A stretch of 47,344 nt of DNA from assembly GCF_000143415.4 (NCBI RefSeq), contig NW_003314372.1, positions 74,609 to 121,952 on the forward strand, read 5' to 3'. This document shows, piece by piece, positions 11,638 through 22,140 of this stretch; position 1 is the first letter of the stretch; each line of letters opens with the position of its first letter. The notes under the pieces were generated by a model. That model was not told the DNA's origin and ran no database searches. It was given only the letters and a program-made list of their open reading frames with translations. Made by a program: the position numbers and the translations under genes. The stretch is from Selaginella moellendorffii (Eukaryota; Plantae; Lycopodiophyta).

Positions 11638-14600
11638 ATGGCCGATGCGGAGAACTCGGATGCCGTCGTCGCACCGGCGCTCGAGAAGGACGAGGAGGTG
11701 AGATTCGCTGGATTCGTTCGCGTTTCCGTGCCGATCTGACGATTTTCTTCCACTGCAAACAGGAAACTACCGCTCTCAAGAGCAAGGTGACCGAGCTAGG
11801 GAAATTGCTGGCCGGCAAGGAAGAATTGGAGAAGGAACTAGAGACTGCCAAGGAGAAGGCTGGCGTTTTGTTTGAGTCGCTCGAGGATGCCAAGAAGAAT
11901 CTCGAGGATGCCAGCAAGAGAAGCGATGCTGCTGAATCCAAGCTCGCGGAATTGTTATCGTCGATGGAGAAGCACACATTGACCAAGGAGAAACTGGAGA
12001 AGGAAGTCGCCGATGCACAGAGCCTCGTGAAGGAGCTAGAAGAACAGTTGAAAGGATCGCAACTTAAGCTGGAAACCAGCGACAAGAATGCATCCATCGC
12101 CCTCCAGTCATCCAAAGAAGCTGCCGCTGCCCTCCAAGCACAAGTGGATGAGCTCACAGAAAAACTCCAACTTTCCAGTGATGCCGTCGTGGACTTGAAG
12201 AAGAACGAGGAATCGGCTGCCTTGGCTGCCAAGGAGACGGAAGGAAAGTTGCGGGCTTTGCAGCAAGATATGGAGAAGCTACAAGCGGACAAAGCTGCCG
12301 AGGTAAAAGCTGGCGAGGAAAAAGTCCAAGAGCTTTCCAGTCAGGTGGCAATCCTTACGGAAAAGGTTGAGAAAGCCGAGGCTGAAGTAGAAGCAAGCAA
12401 GTCCGCCGAGGCGTCACTCAATGGTCAGCTGGAGGCTTTGTCCAAAGCCAAGGGTGAGCTTGAGAAGCTGCTAGTGGACGCGGAGTCACGATCGAAAGAC
12501 GAAGCTGAAAGTCACAAAGTGGAGATCGAATCTGCTCGGGCGTCAATGGCTGAGTTGGAGGCTGAGGTGTCTGCTCTCAAAGCCTCGGTGAATGATCTCG
12601 AGAAGAATGCGAAGGATTCGCTCGAGCAGGTCGAGACGTATAAGAAGAACGTTTCGGTCCAAGAGGAACAGGGTAAGGAGTGGATGGAAAAAGCGAAAGA
12701 TGTTGAGCGACTTCTTCAAGAAGCTCAGGCGAGAGGAGATGCTGCTGAAGAAAGCAGCAAGTCATGGCAGGCCGAATGCGACGACTTGAAAGAAAAGGTT
12801 GCAGCCGCTTCCAAAATTGAGGCGATCTTGAAGGAAACAGAAGCTCAACTACAGCTTCTTCAACAGACGGCAGCTGACGCCGAGAGCAAGATCACGGCAT
12901 TGGAGTCCAAGTTGCGCTCTGCAGAGGACTCTGCCGCAGGCCACGAAGGTGATGCTCAAAAGCATCTGATGAAGGTGGCGGAACTTAGCGAGAGCCTGAC
13001 AAGTATCGAAGCCATTGCCGCTGCTTCTGAAGAAAAGCTTAAGTCGAGCGAGCTTGTGATTAGTGGCTTGCGGAGTGATTTGGAAGAGGCAAAGTCAACA
13101 GCAGAGAAACACGTGGCGACTGCAGCTGGGATTCAGGCAAAGCACGACGATCTTCAAAAGGAACTCCATGAGAAGCTGAGCCTGGCCGACGAGAAATACC
13201 AAAACTACGAGCGAAGCTTGGAAGAGTCCTCGGCAACGACCTCGCAGTTAAAAGAGTCTCTCCTGGCTCTTCAAAGTCAAGCTAACGAAGCCGCAGAATT
13301 GACTACAAAACTGCAAGCGGAGCTTCAAGATTCCAAGGACAGGGAAGCGAAGCTCGCTGAGCAGCTCGAAGCGTCCAGAGCAGCAGGTGAAAAGCAAGAG
13401 GCAGATTATAAAGCGGCATTGAATGAGCTTCAAGAATCGCTAACGAGACAGACGGAGGAGGCGTCCTCTAGACACGAAGCTCTTGCGCGAGATTTGAGCT
13501 CCGGCGTGGAAAGAGAGAAGGAACTTGAGCAGAAGCTCCGGACGGCGGAGGAGACGTCTGCGATTCACGAGAAGTCCAGCAACGAGTATAGCCAGAATTC
13601 TGCGCAGCTCGAGGACAAGCTGCGTGAAATCCAAGCAGAACTTTCCACTCACGCGGCAAAGGCTTCCGAGCTCGAAGGAGTTGTGGAGAGCTCTCGTCAA
13701 ATGCATGTGACACTCCAAGGGAGCGTCGAAGCTGCCGAGAGCAAATCGGCGCATTACGAAGAGCTCGCCAACGTCTCCAACAAGAAGGTTGCGGAGCTGG
13801 AAGAGGAGATGTCGAGTTTACATTCGAAACTGGCATCTCTAGAGAAGGTTTTGGCGAGTCAGGAAGAAACTCTGAAGGCGGCTCTTGACACCGAGGCGGA
13901 GCTACGTCAACAGCTCAAGCTCGCAGAAGAAACTTCAGCAATGCACGAGGCAACAGCAGGCGAACGAGAAAAAGTGGCCTCGGAAAGAGAGCAGGAGCTC
14001 TCGGCTGTGAACTCCAAGCTGACAGCTTTGAAAGAGACCTTGGCTGGCCAAGAGGAGACTCTCAAGTCGGCTTTCCAAGCCGAGGCAGAACTGCGAGGCA
14101 AGCTTTCGAGCGCAGAAGAAGCTACGGCAAAGCATCAGGCTGACGCAGGGGAGAGCCAGAGAGCCGCAGCGGAGAAGATCGCCGCTCTCGAGAGTACCAT
14201 CGAGAAGCTGGGGGAGAAGCTGGCTAATACGGAGGAAGTGCTCGAGGCCACCAAACAAGAGGCTGCGAGATCCAAAGACGCTGAAAGTAAGAAGGTGGAA
14301 GAGCTCGAGAAGGAAGCCGAGGCTATGGCATCAAACTTTCAAGCAGAGCTCGTGAAGGTCCAAGGTGTGGCGAGCTCTCTGGAGGAAAAACTGGACGAAG
14401 CAGCTCGACTCATTTCTGAGCAGGAGAAGACGATCTCGCGAATGCAGGAGAGCGAGGCCCAGCAGCGAGATGGCTACGCATCGGACACCAAGTCGCTCCT
14501 CGCCAAGCTAAGCGCGATGAGCGAAGAGTTTTCCAAGGAAAAGCAGCTGCTGGATAATGAGGTAACTCTTGCTTGGTCTTCTTCTTTCCTTCTAATACTT

Positions 14601-15048
14601 TGTGATGGACGCCAGATATCTAGTGTCAAAGGCGAGAGAGAGGATCTTCGTAAGAAGCTGAGTGAGATCCACGTAAATGGAGCGTTTGCCAAGAAGTTGG
14701 AGACTCGTCCGGCGGAGCCAGCCGTTGAAGAAGTCGAGGTAAGGAACCACACTTCTATAGTTTTCTCTCCTTCTTCCTCGCTTGCTGCTAAGACATGGAT
14801 TTTCATCTTCGTCACAGATGAGAAGTATCTCCAGAGATTTTGATACCGGAGCTCTCAAGGCAACGCCGAGGAGGAGGAAAGGAGCGGCTTCTTCCGCGGG
14901 AGTTGTGGAGGAGGAGACGAGCAGTGGCAAGGACAAAGTGGTGGGAAAGCAGGGCAAGGCTTCCTCCGGGTTCCTGGGAGCAACCATTGTCGCGGTTTCT
15001 GTGAGCTCCTTCTTCGTCGGCTTACTGGTGGACAGGAAACTATTTTGA
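11638..15048 (+). CDS. Long coiled-coil, C-terminally tail-anchored protein (PICC/PICL-like)
   Basis: Exons 11638-11697, 11763-14561, 14616-14738, 14818-15048, all GT-AG and phase 0. E/K/A/S-rich heptads with an internal ~63-aa repeat (QEETLK...EAELR). C-terminal SRDFD motif, basic patch and TM segment (FLGATIVAVSVSSFFVGLLV) with a short basic tail. Confidence 0.85.
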
Positions 15049-15230
15049 GAGAGAGGAAAAAGAAAAAGTATATATTTTTTCTTATCTTTGCGGCTTTTCA
15101 TATTCTAAATTATTTGACATACAGATTGAAATATAATTCTATGTAGGCTTCTACTCATCAAACAAATGAAAACTCTCTGAAAACCCTGGGATCCAACTAT
15201 AAATTTTCTTTTGACAAAAATTTCCATGAA

Positions 15231-16070
15231 TCAGCAAGCTTGTATTTCTGGCAGGTCTGCCAGAAATCCCTCAATATCAAGAAACACATCGTTTAATTCT
15301 TGAGGTTGCCCCCAGTAATTGGTTTGCACATCTCCACCTTGAACCCCACCGACAAACTCCTGACTAACTCGATCAGCAAACAGTCCATCGCCAAGCTCAC
15401 TAGTTTGAGCAAACAGTTCTTGCTCACAATCACCAACGAACTCCTGACTAACTTGATCAGCAAACACTCCATCGCCAAGCTCGCTAGTTTGAGCAAACAC
15501 TTCTTGCACACAATCACCAACAGGCCCTTGACCCAAGCCTGGCAGAAGCTTCCAGTTTTGATCAAAACCCTCGTGAGAGAAAGGTTGGGCACAATCACCA
15601 ACACCATAACCTTGCTCCCAATAAATAGTTTGATCAAAACCCGCAACACAATCACCCATAACTTGAGATGATTCGCCTACAAATTCTTCCTGGACGACTG
15701 GAGCGATCTTGTCTACCCCATGGCTCTTTAAAGTTCTCTTATTTCCACCGGTGGGCGATAGCGATACGTCCCTTACCTTGCCACCTTGTGTCCATTTTCC
15801 CTTGCACGACCTGCAAATATAGCGCGGCTGGTCGCGCTTGCCAGTACTCTTCTCGTTGTTGTAGTAATCGAACCGCGTGTTGTAAGATTGGCACCTTGGG
15901 CACTGGTACACGTTGTCCGGAAGGTCGTGGTGCTCCCACACGCCGTACAAGTTTTGATCCCTCACCTCTTGGGCCGTGAGCTTGCAAGCCCTCTCGCTTC
16001 TCAGTCGACGCTTCTTTGTCGGCACCATGATACCGTCGTCTTCTCTACTTCTCTTGCTTGCTCTCGCCAT
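15231..16070 (-). CDS. Atypical Dof zinc-finger protein copy 1 (279 aa, intronless; 28-aa tail duplication)
   Basis: CPRCQSYNTRFDYYNN...QPRYICRSCKGKWTQGGKVRDV aligns to the Dof consensus CPRCxSxNTKFCYYNN...QPRYFCKxCRRYWTxGG. N-terminal basic NLS-like segment; acidic tail. Confidence 0.9.
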   Translation of the reverse strand: MARASKRSREDDGIMVPTKKRRLRSERACKLTAQEVRDQNLYGVWEHHDLPDNVYQCPRCQSYNTRFDYYNNEKSTGKRDQPRYICRSCKGKWTQGGKVRDVSLSPTGGNKRTLKSHGVDKIAPVVQEEFVGESSQVMGDCVAGFDQTIYWEQGYGVGDCAQPFSHEGFDQNWKLLPGLGQGPVGDCVQEVFAQTSELGDGVFADQVSQEFVGDCEQELFAQTSELGDGLFADRVSQEFVGGVQGGDVQTNYWGQPQELNDVFLDIEGFLADLPEIQAC

Positions 16071-16105
16071 AGCTCGTACGATCCTAAAGGACTTGACCTT
16101 ATTTA

Positions 16106-16128
16106 TTTATATATGCACTAAAGTAAAG
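16106..16128 (-). promoter_or_regulatory. TATA box (TATATAAA) and tandem TAAAG-TAAAG motif upstream of the Dof gene; conserved in all six copies
   Basis: tttatatatgcactaaagtaaagg lies 36-58 nt upstream of the Dof ATG in every unit. Confidence 0.65.
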
Positions 16129-16264
16129 GCTGGGTTAGCTTAAACAGCGTAGCTTCCCACTAATCCTGTGCGCTTTAAGGTAAGAATATCAGTCGAAAGA
16201 TGGATGGATATGCGGCATCCACATCGCAGCGGGCAAGAAGGAAAGAGTCTGTCGAGAAGCCAGG

Positions 16265-16960
16265 CATGCGCAAGTATTCTCATCACAATGTATGGCAAAT
16301 GGTTTGGCTGTAAATACAATCAAGGCGCTAAAGGTTGATGATGGAAAACTGGTGAAGCTCAAGATCTATCTATAGGCATTTCCATCCACGCTGTCCAGAG
16401 CGACGAGCTGTGGCTGTGACACAGATGCCTTTGTCAGCACCTTGTTGAAGATGGAAGTGCCGTGTTTGACAGGCGTTCATTCCTCCGACTATGATCCAGG
16501 CCTACACTGAAAAAACGGCGAACCACGCATTGTATCCAAGCATCAAACTGTTCCATGACACAGTTGAAAAATCCAGCCTGTCGAACACTCCACGAGCGTC
16601 GACACTCGGCTCGGGCTCGGCACACATGCGAATCAAAACCGCTCGGATTTTCACCGACTCAAACTTGATCACGCGTTTCTTCTCAGTCGCATCATCCAGT
16701 ACGCTATCTTCTTCGGTTGCCAGGAGGGAGCAGGCCTTCAACGCAGCCACAATCGTTCGAGGATGGCTGACAGTAAATAGTTCTCATGCGTGAAAACAAA
16801 TGGAGAGCGGAGCGCACGGGCTTGGTTCTCGAGTGGAGCTGTTTCCATTCATGGAACGATCCGGGGTTTTCTCACCTTTGTGGCTGCGTTGAAAGCTTGC
16901 GCTAGTTTGGATAGGCAAACTTGTCAAACTCCGTGCTTTAGAAGATGGCATGGCTATCGC
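16265..16960. pseudogene. Scrambled PLS-PPR gene fragment in the unit spacer (also ~19705-20040, ~23095-23760, ~26660-27360, ~30320-30720)
   Basis: + strand ILITMYGK, DGKLVKLK, SCGCDTDAFVSTLLKM, VAALKACASLD. - strand VAALKACSLLA...ARGVFDRLDFSTVSWNSLMLGY. Stops and frameshifts throughout. Confidence 0.75.
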
Positions 16961-17059
16961 TTTGGAACTCTTCTTTCGGATGGGGCTGAAAGGAGTCACG
17001 AGTGCTCATCCTCTCAACATGGTGACTTGTGAGGCAAACTCTTATTCCTGGTCTCCAGG

Positions 17060-17235
17060 AAATGATCGAAGACTCGTCTGGCGGAGCCAAACATAGAAGA
17101 ACTTGACGAGGTAACAAACACTTCTTAGTTTTCTCCTCTTGAGAAATGGATTTCCCTTGTTGTCACAGATCTACAGAGATTGTGATACTAGGGTTCTCAA
17201 GGCGGCTTCTCACGGAGGAGGCAACCACTGTCGCT
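17060..17235 (+). pseudogene. Decayed copy of the coiled-coil gene 3' end (exon 3 end, last intron, exon 4); also ~20145-20320, ~23830-24005, ~27460-27640, ~34620-34750
   Basis: agactcgtctggcggagcca...gag|gtaa...cacttcttagttttctcc...gtcacag|atctacagagattgtgatac...ctcaaggc...gcaaccactgtcgc aligns to 14701-14995. Confidence 0.8.
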
Positions 17236-18224
17236 TCACTTTTAGATATTCTATGTTATGTGCTTTTAATTACATGTACTTGCCAACATTTATGAGGAAT
17301 TTCGGGAACTCAGGATTATGTTATGTTAGAATATACTCAAACCACAAACCAAAATATTGCTTAATTTGATCCGCGGGCCCCACGACGGGATATGTTATGT
17401 TATGTTATCTACTTTAGAGGTCCCAAATGACCTAAAAAACATGAGCAAGGTGGTGGTACAGAATATGCCGCGGTATCAGACATTCTTTATACCTCCACCT
17501 TCCCGTTTTTTAAAGTAGCTGTAGCTCCCCTATCGTGGTGTTGGTAGGGACAGGGCAAAAGTATGTTGTACTACTGGTAGAAGTCACACATTCCAAGTCT
17601 GGATGCCGTTAATTACATTCTAGGGTGATGAGTTTATTCTCAATGTTCTTGCTCCTTGTTCTCTCAGTTGTCCCAGTGGCCTCATGCCTCTAGCATCTAA
17701 AAACATGTATTAGTGACAAGTAGGAACAATTGTAATAGCATAACTAACATTTTAGTGACTAGCTTTGTTGCAAGAGACCCTGATAGTGCGGGTACTTGCA
17801 CCAATCTTACATTATAAAAGCACTAAAGGTCGTGATTGTTTGATCTCCTTGAAAAAAGAGTAGTTTAGCTTTATTGGCTCCTAACCAGTCTTCGCTTGCC
17901 GAAATTCCTCTCAGATTGCTTATTTTACTTTTGGATAAAGTTCAAAATCGGAGAACTAGAATGGATCACCAAAAATTTCTTACAGTTAGAAGGAAGCAGA
18001 GAAGCTCCGGTCCTTGCCCTCAGGCTGACCAGATGTGCCTGGCAAATGCTGGCAGTGTGCTCCAGCAATCCATCTAGCATGGTGATGCTTGAGAACAGGC
18101 GGCAGAAATGCCTGACGACGAGGGTGTTCTAGTCAGTCCTACAAACCAGTCATGAAGAATCCTGGGGTTCGCATCGCAACAGATGCCCATGTTCAGCAAA
18201 AACTCCTAATTTGTATATTTTTAA

Positions 18225-18805
18225 ATGTGTGTGCAATATTTAGTTTGCTTAATAATAGTACTATTTCTATTTATTAGTGAATATACTTAAAATATACTTG
18301 GATACTCTGGGATATTCTACTATCTAATGGTTGTTATTCATTTAAATTAATCATGTATTTATAATTTATAAACATTCCTAAACACTTTCTAGCATATTTT
18401 AGTTTATTCTGAAAGCTGATATTTAATCTTGTGTTTATGAATTATAAACATGTTATAATCATAAAATTGATCAATATAATTAATGAATAATAAGCACTAT
18501 TATTAAGCAAACCAAGCTTTGCTGCATGCAATGCACAACAAATTTTTAATCTAGTTGATCAAATGGAAGTTTATAATTTATAAACACAAGATTAATCTTA
18601 TTATATATCAACCATTAAATAGTAGAATAAATTAGAATATAATAGAAACTGCTTGGGAAAGGTTATAATTTATAAATGTGTTTATAAATTATAAATTCAA
18701 GATTAAATATAAATTAATAACAACTGTTAAATGGTAGAATATCCCAGAAAATTCAAGTATATTCTAGATATATTCATTAACAAGTTTACTTAAGCAAACC
18801 AAAAA
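18225..18805. mobile_element. Nested pair of ~300-350 bp non-autonomous Helentron/Helitron2-like (HINE-like) elements
   Basis: A minus-strand element (5' end ttggtttgcttaag at ~18790-18805) is interrupted by a plus-strand family member ending in subterminal taagcaaacca, a hairpin and a T-run at 18547. Confidence 0.6.
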
Positions 18806-18859
18806 TTCTGAAAAAATTGGCAACTATATATAAGGGCTTTTGACAAAAATTTCCATGAA

Positions 18860-19612
18860 TCAGCAAGCTTGTATTTCTGGCAGGTCTGCCAAAAATCCCT
18901 CAATATCAAGAAACACATCATTGACTTCTTGAGGTTGCCCCCAGCAATTGGTTTGCACATCTCCACGTTGAACCAACTCCTGACTAACTTGATCAGCAAA
19001 CACTCCATCGCCAAGCTCGCTAGTTTGAGCAAACACTTCTTGCACACAATCACCAACAGGCCCTTGACCCAAGCCTGGCAGAAGCTCCCAATAACTGTTT
19101 TGATCAAAAGCCTCGTGAGATAAAGGTTGGGCACAATCACCAACACCATAACCTTGCTCCCAATAAGTAGTTTGATCAAAACCCACAACACAATTACCCA
19201 TAACTTGAGATAATTCGCCTACAAATTCTTCCTGGACGACTGGAGCGATCTTGTCTCCCCCATGGCTCTTTGAAGTTCTCTTATTTCCACCAGTGGGCGA
19301 TAGCGATACGACCCTTACCTGGCCACCTTGTGTCCATTTTCCCTTGCACGACCTACAAGCGTAGCGCGGCTGGTCGCGCTTGCCAGTACTCTTCTCGTTG
19401 TTGTAGTAATCGAACCGCGTGTTGTAAGATTGGCACCTTGGGCACTGGTACACGTTGTCCGGAAGGTCGTGGTGCTCCCACACGCCGTACAAGTTTTGAT
19501 CCCTCACCTCTTGGGCCGTGAGCTTGCAGGCCCTCTCGCTTCTCAGTCGACGCTTCTTTGTCAGCACCACTATACCATCGTCTTCTCTACTTCTCTTGCT
19601 TGCTCTTACCAT
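18860..19612 (-). CDS. Atypical Dof protein copy 2 (250 aa)
   Basis: Intact ORF with the same Dof-variant domain and a 3-aa in-frame tail deletion. Confidence 0.9.
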   Translation of the reverse strand: MVRASKRSREDDGIVVLTKKRRLRSERACKLTAQEVRDQNLYGVWEHHDLPDNVYQCPRCQSYNTRFDYYNNEKSTGKRDQPRYACRSCKGKWTQGGQVRVVSLSPTGGNKRTSKSHGGDKIAPVVQEEFVGELSQVMGNCVVGFDQTTYWEQGYGVGDCAQPLSHEAFDQNSYWELLPGLGQGPVGDCVQEVFAQTSELGDGVFADQVSQELVQRGDVQTNCWGQPQEVNDVFLDIEGFLADLPEIQAC

Positions 19613-21486
19613 AGCTCGTACGATCCTAAAGGACTTGACCCTATTTATTTATATATGCACTAAAGTAAAGGCTGGGTTAGCTTAAAAAGCGTAGATTCCC
19701 ACTAATAATACAATCAAGGCGCTAAAGGTTGATGATGGAAAACTGGTGAAGCTCAAGATCTATCTATAGGGCATTTCCATCCACGCTGTCCAGAGCGACG
19801 AGCTATGGCTGTGACACAGATGCCTTTGTCAGCACCTTGTTGAAGATGGAAGTGCCGTGTTTGACAGGCGTTCATTCCTCCGACTATGATCCAGGCCTAC
19901 CCTGAAACAACGGCGAGCCGCGCATTGTATCCAAGCATCAAACTGTTCCATGACACAGTTGAAAAATCCAGCCTGTCGAACACTCCACGAGCGTCGACAG
20001 CAAACTTGTCAAACTCCGTGCTTTAGAAGATGGCATGGCTATCGCTTTGGAACTCTTCTTTCGGACGGAGCTGAAAGGAGTCACGAGTGCTCATCCTTTC
20101 AACATGGTGACTTGTGGGGCAAACTCTTATTCCTGGTCTCCAGGAAATGATCGAAGACTCGTCTGGGGAGCCAAACGTTGAAGAACTTGACGAGGTAAGG
20201 AACACTTCTTAGTTTTCTCCTCTTCAGAAATGGATTGCCCTTGTTGTCACAGATCTACAGAGATTGTGATACTAGGGTTCTCAAGGCGGCTTCTCACGGA
20301 GGAGGCAACCACTGTCACTTCACTTTTAGATATTCTATGTTTAAAGTTCCGATTGCAATCTACTTGCCAACATTTATGAGGAGCTCAGAGGAATTTCCAG
20401 AACTCAAGATTATGTTATGTTAGAATACACACCAAAATATTGCTTAATTTGTTTATGTTAACTTATCTACTTTAGAGGTGGATATATTCTAAGTATATGC
20501 TCTCTAGATCCATATTTCTTGCTCCTTGTTCTCTCATTCTCTTCTTCAGTTGTCCCAGTATGCCTCCAGCAAGACCCTCTAAAAAACATGTATGAGTGAC
20601 AAGTAGGAACAATTGTAATAGCATAACTAGCAATTTAGTGGCTAGCTTTGTTGTCAGTCCACAAGAGACCCCGATAGTGCGGGTACCAATCTTCCCTTTT
20701 GTTATCAACAATATAAAAGCACTAAAGATCGTGATTGCTTTTGGAAAGTTTGATCTCCTTGAAAAAAGAGTAGTTTAGTTTTATTGGCTCCTAACCGCTC
20801 AGTCTTCGCTTGCCGAAATTCCTCTCAGATCGCTTATTTTACTTTTGGATAAAGTTCAAAATCAGAGAACTAGAATGGATCACCAAAGATTTCTTACAGT
20901 TAGAAGGAAGCAGAGTAGCTCCGGTCCTTGCCCTCAGGCTGACCAGGTAGAAGATTTGATGTGCCTGGCAAATGCTGGCAGTGTGCTCCAGCAATCCATC
21001 TAGCATGGTGGTGCTTGAGGACAGGCGGCAGAAATGCCTGACGATGAGGGTGTTCTAGTCAGTCCTACAAACCAGTCATGGAGAATCCTGGGGTGAGAAA
21101 TTTGGTCAGATGCCCATGTTCAGCAAAACCTCCTAATTTGTATATTTTTAAATGTGTGTTGCATGAATATTTAGTTTGCTTAGTAATAGTATTATTCCTA
21201 TTGGTTTGCTTCGTGGTAGTGAATATATTTAGAATATACTTAGATACTCTGGGAAACTAATGGCTGTTATTCATTTAAATTAATCATGTATTTATAATTT
21301 ATAAACATTCCTAAACGCTTTCTGGCATATTCTAGTTTATTCTGAAAGTTGATATTTAATCTTGTGTTTATAAATTATAAACATGTTATAATCATAACCT
21401 TTCAATTGATCAATATAATTAAAAAATAATAAGCATTATTATTAAGCAAACCAAGCTTTGCTGCATGCAATGCACAACAAATTTTT

Positions 21487-21839
21487 GGTTTGCTTAAGCA
21501 AACCTATAGGAGGATTGGGATGGTAATGAATATACCTAGAATATGCTTGAATATTCTAGGATATTCTACCATCTAACAGTTGTTATTTATTTAGATTAAT
21601 CTTGTATTTATAATTTATAAACATGTTTATAATTTATAAACTTTCTTAAACCCCTTCTAGTATATTCTTTTTGATTCTTTCATCTAATGGTTGATATGAA
21701 ATAAGATTAATCTTGTGTTTATAAATTACAAACATACTTATAATTATAAAGTTTATTTGATCAATTGGATTAATAAATAATAATAAAACTACTATTAAGC
21801 AAACCAAGCGTTGCTACATGCAAGGCGTAGCAATTTTTT
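21487..21839 (+). mobile_element. Best-preserved HINE-like element, inserted into the 3' T-run of another copy (21201-21486)
   Basis: 5' palindrome GGTTTGCTTAAGCAAACC (21487-21504); 3' subterminal TAAGCAAACCA; hairpin TTGCTAC-atgcaaggc-GTAGCAA (21811-21833); TTTTTT; no target-site duplication. Confidence 0.7.
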
Positions 21840-22140
21840 AATCTAGTTGATCAAATGGAAGTTTATAATTTATAAACACAAGATTAGTCTTATTATATAT
21901 CAACCATTAAATAGTAGAATAAATTAGAATAACTGCTTAGGAAAGTTTATATTTTATAAATGTGTTTATAAATTATAAATTCAAGATTAAATATAAATTA
22001 ATAACAACTGTTAAATGGTAGAATATCCCAGAAAATTCAAGTATATTCTAGATATTATCATTACCCTTACTTAAGAAAACCAAAAATTCTGAAAAAATTG
22101 GCAACTATGTATAAGGGCTTTTGAGAAAAATTTCCATGAA

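Noticed and set aside
11586-14843. 1085-aa single-exon ORF
   Set aside because: Reads through introns; the four-exon model gives an ATG start and the TM tail.
15293-15655. Hydrophobic 120-156 aa alternative-frame ORF overlapping the Dof tail in all copies
   Set aside because: Explained by T-ending codon bias (GGT/GAT/TGT) suppressing stops in the shifted frame; variable starts and ends, mostly non-ATG.
15786-16121. 111-aa antisense ORF (MCPFSLARP...) repeated in every unit
   Set aside because: Non-ATG start; shadow of the Dof CDS, conserved only because the copies are near-identical.
18240-18515. MITE interpretation of gtttgcttaataatagt...actattattaagcaaac inverted ends
   Set aside because: The apparent TIRs are the 3' ends of two opposite-orientation nested elements; a hairpin and T-run lie outside them and no TSD was found.
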